DNA of 47,688 nucleotides from Minisyncoccia bacterium (GTDB lineage: Bacteria > Patescibacteriota > Minisyncoccia > SW-4-49-11), in the NCBI GenBank assembly GCA_044341565.1, contig JBIIRM010000008.1, positions 1 through 47,688 on the forward strand. Direction: 5' to 3'. Shown piece by piece: positions 1 through 8,213 of the stretch. Every line of letters begins with the position of its first letter. Within the stretch, counting starts at the first letter, position 1. A program made the position numbers and the translations under genes. The notes below the pieces were generated by a model. That model was given only the letters and a program-made list of their open reading frames with translations, ran no database searches and was not told where the DNA came from.

Positions 1-114
1 CCAGGGTCCTCTGGAGGGAGAATAGCCTTATATTATGGAAGTAATATCTTTAGTGGAACCCTCACTGCAAATGGAGGAGTTGGAGGAGCAGGAGCAGGAA
101 CAATATATCAATAA
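1..114 (+). CDS. 3' end of a truncated upstream gene with a Gly-rich beta-helix-like C-terminus (partial)
   Basis: Frame 1 is open from the window edge to TAA at 112-114. It reads PGSSGGRIALYYGSNIFSGTLTANGGVGGAGAGTIYQ*. It is absent from the ORF track because it has no in-window start. Confidence 0.4.
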   Translation, partial: PGSSGGRIALYYGSNIFSGTLTANGGVGGAGAGTIYQ

Positions 115-127
115 TAAGAATAATAAT

Positions 128-661
128 ATGAAAAAGAAGCTAATCATCGGAATAATCATTATCCTAGTATTAGGGGGAGGTTTGTATTTAGGATATAGTC
201 AAGGATATTTTAACTCTATTATTCCTAATATAGCAAAAGATAATTACCAGTATAAAAGTGAAGAATTAAAGAAAATGTCAGAAGAGGCAGGGATAAATTT
301 AGAGAAAGGAATGGTAGAGCAGCCCAAACAAGAGATACCTTTAGTATATGAGAAACAAAAAGAAGAAGAACTCATAAATAGGAATAGCCCAATATATAAA
401 GGAAAATTAACTATCAATGAAGCTAACAATAAAGAATGGTTAGTAAGAGTAGGAATTCCAACCGAGAAAGATAAAAAGTATGGTATATGGAAACAAGAAG
501 GAAGAACCCCAATAGTATTTATGGAAGAATTAAAATCTTCAGGATATGAAGAATGGGAATACAAAAGTGAAGGGAAGCAGGAATTAAAAGGAGGATTTTA
601 TATTGGAGTTATAGGTGATAATAATACGATTATTGATACCTTATATACGATACAAAAATAA
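128..661 (+). CDS. hypothetical membrane-anchored protein
   Basis: ORF 35-661 overlaps the end of the upstream gene. The first sensible start is ATG 128, giving MKKKLIIGIIIILVLGGGLYLG (an N-terminal TM anchor) followed by a Lys/Glu-rich soluble part. I recognise no family. Confidence 0.65.
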   Translation: MKKKLIIGIIIILVLGGGLYLGYSQGYFNSIIPNIAKDNYQYKSEELKKMSEEAGINLEKGMVEQPKQEIPLVYEKQKEEELINRNSPIYKGKLTINEANNKEWLVRVGIPTEKDKKYGIWKQEGRTPIVFMEELKSSGYEEWEYKSEGKQELKGGFYIGVIGDNNTIIDTLYTIQK

Positions 662-695
662 TATTTCATACTAAATAAAGAAGTACAATAAAAAG

Positions 696-2771
696 ATGCA
701 AAAGCGGATAAAAGGATTTACATTATTAGAAATACTATTAGTAATAGCTGTAATAGGGATATTGGCAGCAATAGTATTGATAGCCATAAATCCAAATCGA
801 CAATTAGCCCAAGCAAGGAATGCAGAGAGAAGAGTAGATCTCAATACATTAAATAAAGGATTAGAACAAATATTAATCGATACGGGTTCATATCCTGCAG
901 GAATAACAGATAGTTATCAAGAAGTATGTGCGACAGGAAATAAAAGTAGTACAACTCCCTTAACAGATGCCCCGAGTGTAGATTGTGCGGGGAAACTAGA
1001 CTTAAGATCATTAATCCCAACATATATAGCAGCAATACCAAGAGACCCTCAATCTACAGGTTCTAGTACAGGATATTATGTAGCAAGAAATAGTAATAAT
1101 AATAGAATAAGTATAAAGAGTACAAATGCAGAACTGTCTCAATCGCTTGCTATTAATGATACAGGACAGAGTATAGGTAGTGGTGGTGATGTGTATTATA
1201 ATAATGTATCACTATTATTGCATATGGAAAATGGGTATACTGATTCTAGCCCCAATAATATTTCTGTTACTCCGGGTACTCCAACTACTTTTGCATATGA
1301 TCCATATTATAAATTTGGTGCAGGATCAGTTGTTTTGAATAATACAACAGATGCTTTTGTAGCAACACATCCAACAGCATTTGCAGTTACAGCAAATGAA
1401 GATTATACAATAGAATTTTGGCTAAAACCAAGTAGTACAGGAGGCTTTCAATATTTGGTATATTGTTATGGATCACTAGTAATATTTAATAACTCAGGTG
1501 GGATTCGTGTTGAACAAAATGGAGGTAATTTTGGATTAGAGGGAGGTAGTTTTGTTGTGGGACAATGGTATCATATTGTTACTACGAAATCTTCTGGTAC
1601 GATGCGATTATTTGTTGATGGGGTTTTAGTTTCAACAACGACTTCTAATACCACAGCTTCTAATCAGACAACTGCAGGTCTAAACCCTGGTCCATTTAGA
1701 TCAGCCAATGGAACTATTGTGGATGAAATTCGATTTACAAAAGGAGTAGCTCGATATACATCTAATTTTACACCTCCAACAGCACAATTTCCTGACTCTT
1801 TTTCAAGCTCACCTCCAACAGCTCCAACTGGATTAGCTGTCAATAATATAGATAATAATCAGATTACTTTAACGTGGAACTCTTCATTGAATTCAGAGAT
1901 AACCAATTATGTAATACAATATAGTAGTGATAATGGTGCAACATGGACTACTTCCACAAACCCAGTTTCAAGTTTACCTCGAAAAACAGTACAGGGATTA
2001 ATAAACGGGTCTACATATTTGTTTAGAGTAGCAGGGGTGAATGCCAATGGAACTGGTTCATATAGTGCTCCAACTAGTGCCTATACCTTACCTGAACTGG
2101 ACACATATTATGCTAATACTCCTACATTACTTCATTTTGATGGAAGTAATGGGAGTACTACATTTACGAATTCAGGGAATACAGCTATGACATTTACTCC
2201 AGCTGGGGGAGCCTCTATTAGTACTGCACAAAGTCAATTAGGTGGAGCTAGTGGACTTCTAAATGGTACAAATGCATGGATTCAAGCTCCATATAGTTCT
2301 ACTTTAGATTTTGATGGAGCCTTCACTTTTGAAGGATACTTTAGATTATCGAGTTTACCTGGTAGTATGATACTTTATTCTCGGGCGCAATCAACATGGG
2401 GTATTCCTATAGAGTCAGCTTTTTACCTCACATCTCCTACAAATGTTAATTTGTATTATGGACTCAGAGGATCCTGGATGCAACTAAGAAGTTTTACATT
2501 ACCGCAAACGCTTGTTACTAATCAATGGTATCATATTGCTATTACAAGAGATAGTAATAGTTTGTTAAGAGTATGGTTAGATGGTATCTCATCATCTAAT
2601 TTATATACTGATAATATAAATTTATCAGGAGCACATCCTCTCTATATTGGAGCATTTTTTGACGGTAGCTCATTGTTTAACGGTAATTTGGATGAATTTA
2701 GATTTACAAAAGGAGTTGCACGATATACTGCTCCATTTGTACCTCCTATAGCTCCATTTGCAAATAATTAA
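696..2771 (+). CDS. type IV pilin-like protein: prepilin N-terminal methylation motif fused to LamG-like, FN3 and LamG-like domains
   Basis: The N-terminus MQKRIKG/FTLLEILLVIAVIGILAAIVLIAI is a class III signal (G-1, F+1, E+5). Two concanavalin/LamG_3-like modules are present (LLLHMENGYTDSS...WYHIVTT...VDEIRFTKGVARYTSNFTPP and TLLHFDGSNGSTTFTNS...WYHIAITR...LDEFRFTKGVARYTAPFVPP). They flank an FN3-like module (PTAPTGLAVNN...ITLTWNSS...YVIQYSSDNGATWTT...STYLFRVAGVNANGTGSYS). Confidence 0.85.
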   Translation: MQKRIKGFTLLEILLVIAVIGILAAIVLIAINPNRQLAQARNAERRVDLNTLNKGLEQILIDTGSYPAGITDSYQEVCATGNKSSTTPLTDAPSVDCAGKLDLRSLIPTYIAAIPRDPQSTGSSTGYYVARNSNNNRISIKSTNAELSQSLAINDTGQSIGSGGDVYYNNVSLLLHMENGYTDSSPNNISVTPGTPTTFAYDPYYKFGAGSVVLNNTTDAFVATHPTAFAVTANEDYTIEFWLKPSSTGGFQYLVYCYGSLVIFNNSGGIRVEQNGGNFGLEGGSFVVGQWYHIVTTKSSGTMRLFVDGVLVSTTTSNTTASNQTTAGLNPGPFRSANGTIVDEIRFTKGVARYTSNFTPPTAQFPDSFSSSPPTAPTGLAVNNIDNNQITLTWNSSLNSEITNYVIQYSSDNGATWTTSTNPVSSLPRKTVQGLINGSTYLFRVAGVNANGTGSYSAPTSAYTLPELDTYYANTPTLLHFDGSNGSTTFTNSGNTAMTFTPAGGASISTAQSQLGGASGLLNGTNAWIQAPYSSTLDFDGAFTFEGYFRLSSLPGSMILYSRAQSTWGIPIESAFYLTSPTNVNLYYGLRGSWMQLRSFTLPQTLVTNQWYHIAITRDSNSLLRVWLDGISSSNLYTDNINLSGAHPLYIGAFFDGSSLFNGNLDEFRFTKGVARYTAPFVPPIAPFANN

Positions 2772-2829
2772 ATATGCATTGAGTCAATCTACTCAGTATG
2801 ATATACTATATCTATTGAATAGATACTAT

Positions 2830-3207
2830 ATGATAAGTGTATTTACGAAAATAAGAAATAAAGAAATCCCAGGAATTATATTTGATGATAATGGTGATTT
2901 TTTTGTAATACATAGTAATAATCCTGCTCAATTGGGACATTTACTCGTAATTCCTTATCAAGAAATAGATTATATTTTTGATTTAGAGACAGATTCTTAC
3001 CATAAATTATGGGATTATGTAAAGCAAATAGCAACTCGATTACAAAATATTACAGGAGCTAAAAAAATAGGAATTAGAGTAGAGGGATTAGAGGTAGCTC
3101 ACACACATATTCATCTTATCCCTATTAATCAGGCAGGGGATTTAGAAAATTCTACTCAAATTAGTGAAGAGAATATACAGCAATTATACCAACAATTCAA
3201 ACAATAA
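2830..3207 (+). CDS. HIT (histidine triad) family protein
   Basis: Histidine triad HTHIHLIP near the C-terminus. N-terminal FTKIRNKEIPG...LGHLLVIP is typical of HIT/Hint proteins. The start is moved to ATG 2830 (MISVFTK) because the track start 2758 overlaps the pilin gene end. Confidence 0.85.
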   Translation: MISVFTKIRNKEIPGIIFDDNGDFFVIHSNNPAQLGHLLVIPYQEIDYIFDLETDSYHKLWDYVKQIATRLQNITGAKKIGIRVEGLEVAHTHIHLIPINQAGDLENSTQISEENIQQLYQQFKQ

Positions 3208-3208
3208 T

Positions 3209-5365
3209 ATGCCAAAAAAGAAAACAACAGCCAATAAACCAAAAATCAAATCAGAAGCAAAGCGTTCCATTGTAGGAGTTATATTAATTGCCATTGCTTT
3301 ACTGAGTTTTTTGTCATTCTTCTCATCAGCGGGAGTATTCGGGAAGGGACTTAATGGGGGTATTGGATTTCTTTTTGGTGTAGGTAAATTCATATTACCA
3401 TTTGCATTACTTTATATAGGGCTTACATTATTAGCTCGGCCAAAGGATAGGGGATTATATTATTTTCAACTATTCGTATTAATTATGGGACTATTATTAT
3501 TCTTAGGATTAATACAATTAATACAATTCTCAGATGCAAAAGAATCATTAGCTGAGGCCCAAAAAGGGCTTGGGGGTGGCTATATAGGTCATTATGTAAG
3601 TGTAGGAACGCAATATATATTTGGGTATTGGGGCGCTTTTGTAGCATTAATCACAGGATTTATTACAGCAGGTATTATTGTGATGAATCAATCTATTCAT
3701 CTTGACGGTATAGTAGATTGGATAAAAGAAGTATTTGCTCCTAATAATAGCGAAAATACTATTGCTATTGCTCCCACAGATACATCAGAGGTAAAGGCAG
3801 AAAATACTCGAATATTTCATCAAGATGCAGAAGATGAGGATAAATTAGATAACAAAAAAGTTGCTGATAAGGGGAATATTATTCCAAAAACTCCTGAATG
3901 GATGACAGAAAGTTTATTTAATTTACCCACAGTTGACTTACTAGAAAAAGGAAAAACAGATGATATTGCCCAAAGTGGAGATACCAAAAAAAGCTCAGAA
4001 ATTATTAAAAGTACTTTATCCACATTTGGTATTGAGGTGGAAATGGGGAAAATTGATGTGGGTCCATCAGTAACTCGATTTATGTTACGCCCTTCCAATG
4101 GAATTAAATTATCTCGTATTACATCATTACAAAGTGATTTGGCTCTTGCAATGGCAGCACAGGCTATTCGTATAGAAGCACCTATTCCGGGAATGTCATA
4201 TGTTGGGGTAGAAACTCCAAATGCTAAGCGGGCTACTGTCAGAATTCGCAATATTTTTGAATCAAAAGAATTTAATGAAAATGATTTCCATTTGCCACTT
4301 GCACTTGGACTTGATGTTATGAATAAAGTTATTGTATTTCCGCTAGAGAAAATGCCTCATTTATTAATTGCAGGAGCAACAGGAGCAGGTAAATCTATGG
4401 GATTGAATGCTATGATATTGAGTATGCTATACAAAAATCCTCCATCCAAGCTTAAATTTATTTTTATTGATCCAAAACGAGTAGAATTATCTACATATAA
4501 TGGTATTCCTCATCTCCTAACCCCTGCTATTGTGAGTCCTGAAAAGGCAATGAATGCTCTTAATTGGTGTGTAACAGAAATGGAAAGACGATATGAAGTA
4601 TTGGCTCGTATGGGTTCTCGTAATATTTTTACCTATAATGAAAAAATTGCCTCAGGAACTATTAAAGCTGGAGAAGATGAACAAGAATATGAAATTATGC
4701 CATTTATTGTAGTAGTAATTGATGAACTTGCTGATTTGATGAGTAGTCATAAAAAAGAAGTTGAGGGCTCTATTGTGCGTATTGCACAAATGGCAAGAGC
4801 AGTCGGAATACATCTTATTCTTGCTACACAAAGACCATCAACTGATGTTATTACGGGTCTAATTAAAGCTAATTTACCTTCTCGAGTAAGTTTTCAAGTA
4901 GCTTCCCAAATTGATTCAAGAACTGTTTTGGATATGATGGGAGCAGAAAAATTATTAGGAATGGGGGATATGCTATTCCTAGGGGGAGATCTTGGTAAGC
5001 CGCAGCGTATACAAGGGGCTTTTGTACCAGAGCATGAAGTAAAGGCAGTGGTAGAATGGCTAAAAAGTCAAGGGGAAAACGAATATAATCTAGCTATTAC
5101 AGAAACTGATACTCCAAAACAAATATATCATGATGGGGGAGTTGATTATGGGGAGGGAACAGATCAATTATTCGAACAGGCAAAAGATTTAGTATTACAA
5201 ACAGGCAAAGGTTCAGCCTCATTATTACAAAGAAGATTAAAGGTTGGATATGCCAGGGCCGCCCGATTATTAGATGAATTAGAAGAAGCAGGAATAGTTG
5301 GTCCGGCTGAAGGTTCAAAACCTCGAGAAGTATTTTCAGATGGACATATTGAAGAAAATGAGTAA
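3209..5365 (+). CDS. ftsK: DNA translocase FtsK/SpoIIIE
   Basis: N-terminal multi-TM region, Walker A IAGATGAGKSMGLN, Walker B VVVIDELADL, motif ILATQRPS, and a C-terminal gamma winged-helix ASLLQRRLKVGYARAARLLDELEEAGIVGP. The start ATG 3209 (MPKKKTT) lies just after the HIT stop. Confidence 0.95.
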   Translation: MPKKKTTANKPKIKSEAKRSIVGVILIAIALLSFLSFFSSAGVFGKGLNGGIGFLFGVGKFILPFALLYIGLTLLARPKDRGLYYFQLFVLIMGLLLFLGLIQLIQFSDAKESLAEAQKGLGGGYIGHYVSVGTQYIFGYWGAFVALITGFITAGIIVMNQSIHLDGIVDWIKEVFAPNNSENTIAIAPTDTSEVKAENTRIFHQDAEDEDKLDNKKVADKGNIIPKTPEWMTESLFNLPTVDLLEKGKTDDIAQSGDTKKSSEIIKSTLSTFGIEVEMGKIDVGPSVTRFMLRPSNGIKLSRITSLQSDLALAMAAQAIRIEAPIPGMSYVGVETPNAKRATVRIRNIFESKEFNENDFHLPLALGLDVMNKVIVFPLEKMPHLLIAGATGAGKSMGLNAMILSMLYKNPPSKLKFIFIDPKRVELSTYNGIPHLLTPAIVSPEKAMNALNWCVTEMERRYEVLARMGSRNIFTYNEKIASGTIKAGEDEQEYEIMPFIVVVIDELADLMSSHKKEVEGSIVRIAQMARAVGIHLILATQRPSTDVITGLIKANLPSRVSFQVASQIDSRTVLDMMGAEKLLGMGDMLFLGGDLGKPQRIQGAFVPEHEVKAVVEWLKSQGENEYNLAITETDTPKQIYHDGGVDYGEGTDQLFEQAKDLVLQTGKGSASLLQRRLKVGYARAARLLDELEEAGIVGPAEGSKPREVFSDGHIEENE

Positions 5366-5987
5366 AGAGAAAATTACATTAGGATATGTCCTTACAAAAT
5401 ATCGGCTAAAGTCGAATTTAACCACGGAACAATTAGCTGATAAATTATCTATTGAAGAAAAATATCTAATTGCTCTTGAAAAAGGAGATTATCATGAATT
5501 TACTTCATTAAATCAACCCTTTCCCATTATTAAGAGGCTAAGTTATGTATTTGGACTTAAATATAATGTTTTAATCGAATTATATCATCAAGAATATGAA
5601 ATTTATATACATCAATTAGATCAAAAAAAAGCAAAACCTAAACTGATTATTAGTCATACTATGATGAGAATGTTTATAGGTATTACTATAGGATTGATTG
5701 TCGTAATATATTTAGGAATACAAGTATATCAATTAGGATATACTCCGGTATTAACACTTAATAATAAAGATAGCTATGAAATTAATAATAATACAGAATA
5801 TACTTTGACAGGAGATATATCAAGAGCGGGACAATTGACTTTAAATGGACAAAAGGTTACACTTAAAGAAGATGGGAAATTTGAAGTTATATTATCCCTA
5901 AGAGATGGAGAAAATAGATTAGAATTACAAGTTTCAAAAGATAATAAACCATTAAAAACAACACAAAAAATTGTGTATAAACAATAA
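5358..5987 (+). CDS. HTH (XRE-type) domain, single TM and beta-rich extracytoplasmic domain; RodZ-like architecture
   Basis: MSKEKITLGYVLTKYRLKSNLTTEQLADKLSIEEKYLIALEKGDY is a helix-turn-helix. The TM segment is MMRMFIGITIGLIVVIYLGIQVY. The start ATG 5358 overlaps the ftsK stop (ATGAGTAA). Confidence 0.65.
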   Translation: MSKEKITLGYVLTKYRLKSNLTTEQLADKLSIEEKYLIALEKGDYHEFTSLNQPFPIIKRLSYVFGLKYNVLIELYHQEYEIYIHQLDQKKAKPKLIISHTMMRMFIGITIGLIVVIYLGIQVYQLGYTPVLTLNNKDSYEINNNTEYTLTGDISRAGQLTLNGQKVTLKEDGKFEVILSLRDGENRLELQVSKDNKPLKTTQKIVYKQ

Positions 5988-5992
5988 ATACT

Positions 5993-7234
5993 ATGTCAAT
6001 CAAGCATATTTTTGGCTATGAAATATTAGACTCAAGGGGAAATCCTACTACTGCGAGTTTAGTAGAATTAGAAGATGGGAGCAAGGCGATAGCCTATGTG
6101 CCTTCAGGAGCATCAACCGGAGCTCATGAGGCAGTTGAACTTCGAGATGGAGATGAAAAACGATATCAGGGTCAGGGAGTATTGCGAGCAGTACATAATA
6201 TTAATACAGAAATTGCAACAGCTCTCATCGGTAAAGATAATTCAAAGCAAAGAGAATTAGATAATCTTTTAATAGCATTAGATGGTACTCCAAATAAGGC
6301 GAAACTCGGTGCTAATGCTATATTAGCTGTATCCCTAGCTCTTGCTCGTGCTACAGCAATTTCCCAAAAAAAAGAATTATATCAATATATTCGAGAATTA
6401 TATGGTAATGATATGGGGGTAGATAAGGTATTCCCACAAATTGGATTTAATGTATTGAATGGAGGTAAACATGCTGATTCAGGTCTAGATATCCAAGAAT
6501 ATATGATAATACCTCAAAAAGATTCAATAGCTGAGAATATTCGTGTTGCCTCTGAAATTTATCATACTCTCAAAAAGATTTTGGCAAAACAAGGACAAGT
6601 AACAGCTGTTGGTGATGAAGGTGGTTTTGCACCTCATTTAGATAATAATGAAGAGGGTCTCAAATTATTAGTACAAGCCATTACAGAAGCAGGATATATT
6701 CCAGGAACAGATTGTAGTATTGCCCTAGATGCTGCTGCTACTGAGTTTTTCTCAGCTGACAGCAATTTGTATACTCTTGATAAAAAACAGCATACAGCTT
6801 CAGAACTGGCAGAAATATATCATAATTGGATACAACAATATCCTATTGTCTCCCTAGAAGATCCTTTTGCAGAAGATGATTTTGCTTCTTGGCAAGCATT
6901 TAGGCAAAAAATGAGTCCGGAACTTCGATTAGTAGGGGATGATTTATTAGTGACGAATACTCAGCGTATTCAAGAAGCTATTGATAAGCAATTATGTAAT
7001 TCTGTTCTCATTAAACCAAATCAAATTGGGACTTTGACTGAAGTAATTGATGCTATTCAATTAGCACATCAAAATCAATTCACCACCATGATATCACATC
7101 GTAGTGGGGAGACTATTGATACCTTTATATCAGATTTAGCAGTTGCAAGTCGCTCAGCCTATATGAAGGCTGGAGCTCCAGCCAGAGCCGAAAGGGTAAG
7201 TAAATATAATCGATTATTAGAAATATCTTATTAA
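5993..7234 (+). CDS. eno: enolase (phosphopyruvate hydratase)
   Basis: EILDSRGNPTTASLVELEDGS...VPSGASTGAHEAVELRDGD...IKPNQIGTLTE...SHRSGETIDTFISDLAV are canonical enolase motifs. Confidence 0.97.
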   Translation: MSIKHIFGYEILDSRGNPTTASLVELEDGSKAIAYVPSGASTGAHEAVELRDGDEKRYQGQGVLRAVHNINTEIATALIGKDNSKQRELDNLLIALDGTPNKAKLGANAILAVSLALARATAISQKKELYQYIRELYGNDMGVDKVFPQIGFNVLNGGKHADSGLDIQEYMIIPQKDSIAENIRVASEIYHTLKKILAKQGQVTAVGDEGGFAPHLDNNEEGLKLLVQAITEAGYIPGTDCSIALDAAATEFFSADSNLYTLDKKQHTASELAEIYHNWIQQYPIVSLEDPFAEDDFASWQAFRQKMSPELRLVGDDLLVTNTQRIQEAIDKQLCNSVLIKPNQIGTLTEVIDAIQLAHQNQFTTMISHRSGETIDTFISDLAVASRSAYMKAGAPARAERVSKYNRLLEISY

Positions 7235-7235
7235 T

Positions 7236-8207
7236 ATGATAGCAAGAAAAGCATATAGGATTTTACTTGTAGATGATGATGAACTAGTTCGGAGTATATA
7301 CTCAGAAAGATTAGCTCAAGAACCTGATTTTGTAATTGATACTGCAATAGATGGGGCTGATGGGCTTACTAAAATACAAGAAAATGATTATGATTTAATA
7401 TTCTCAGGAATACAAATGCCAAATCTCACAGGATTTGAATTATTTGAAAAATTACAAGGGAATGCAGAATGGATAACAATTCCATTTATAATATTTAGCC
7501 ATTTAGGAAGAATAGAAGATGTTCAAAGAGCTCATGATTTAGGTGTACAGCATTTTATTGTGAGAGGACAGGCAACCCCTAATGATATTACGCAAAAAAT
7601 TCGAGATATTCTCGTTGAAAGTGAGGAGTTGAAAATAGGAGCTATTACCCGATCACATATACTCATTGTAGAAGATGATCCAATTATACTCTCAACTTAT
7701 ATTGGACGATTTCAGGCAGAATCAAATTTTATGGTTGACTCTGCTGTGGATGGGGCAGATGCTTTAGCTAAAATCAAGCAAAATGTATATGATTTGATAT
7801 TTTCAGGAATACAAATGCCGAATCTTACAGGATTTCAATTATTCGAAGTCCTACAACAAGATGAAAAATACAAAAAAATCCCAGTAGTACTATTTAGTCA
7901 TTTAGGAAGAATAGAAGATATTGAAAATGCACATAGATTAGGGGTAAAACATGTCATTGTGAGAGGAGAAACTACCCCAAATGATGTGGTAAATAAAATA
8001 CAGGATATTCTTGATGTTAAAGATAAGAATTATAATTTGAGTATTAGTAAGAATTCTCCTGATTATGCAGAATTCATCAAGTTATTTTTTGGAGTAGATT
8101 GTGTAGAATATCAAGATATGGATACAACTCCTATTACTATTACTCTACAACAATCATCAGAACCCTATATATTTACTATAGAATTGAATTGTAAAAACCC
8201 CAAATAA
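7236..8207 (+). CDS. tandem receiver (REC)-like domain protein with no output domain; the phospho-acceptor Asp is replaced by Gly in both domains
   Basis: There are two CheY-like modules: ILLVDDDELV...DYDLIFSGIQMPNLTGFELFEKL...IPFIIFSH...HFIVRG and ILIVEDDPII...VYDLIFSGIQMPNLTGFQLFEVL...IPVVLFSH...HVIVRG. Aligned to the canonical DxxxxDxxMP, the acceptor Asp is Gly58 (7407-7409) and Gly191 (7806-7808). The conserved Lys is Arg. Confidence 0.8.
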   Translation: MIARKAYRILLVDDDELVRSIYSERLAQEPDFVIDTAIDGADGLTKIQENDYDLIFSGIQMPNLTGFELFEKLQGNAEWITIPFIIFSHLGRIEDVQRAHDLGVQHFIVRGQATPNDITQKIRDILVESEELKIGAITRSHILIVEDDPIILSTYIGRFQAESNFMVDSAVDGADALAKIKQNVYDLIFSGIQMPNLTGFQLFEVLQQDEKYKKIPVVLFSHLGRIEDIENAHRLGVKHVIVRGETTPNDVVNKIQDILDVKDKNYNLSISKNSPDYAEFIKLFFGVDCVEYQDMDTTPITITLQQSSEPYIFTIELNCKNPK

Positions 8208-8213
8208 AATTAT

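Noticed and set aside
35-127. N-terminal extensions given in the ORF track (35-127, 2758-2829, 3164-3208, 5298-5357, 21509-21550, 32585-32734, 34695-34721, 17385-17408)
   Set aside because: Each extension overlaps the preceding gene or lacks family-typical sequence. An internal ATG in each case yields a canonical N-terminus (signal peptide, TM anchor or conserved family start).
1726-2760. The two related LamG C-terminal segments as a DGR template/variable repeat pair
   Set aside because: No reverse transcriptase is in the window. Differences between the two DNA segments involve all base types rather than being adenine-specific. Both lie inside one ORF as an ordinary domain duplication.
3820-4251. 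Antisense or shadow ORFs inside conserved genes (for example 3820-4251, 12922-13212, 23955-24293, 34157-34548, 37514-37915, 41675-41983, 44998-45336, 45694-45981)
   Set aside because: They lie opposite long, family-assignable genes, have low-complexity or Ser/Ile/Leu-skewed products, and have no independent signals.
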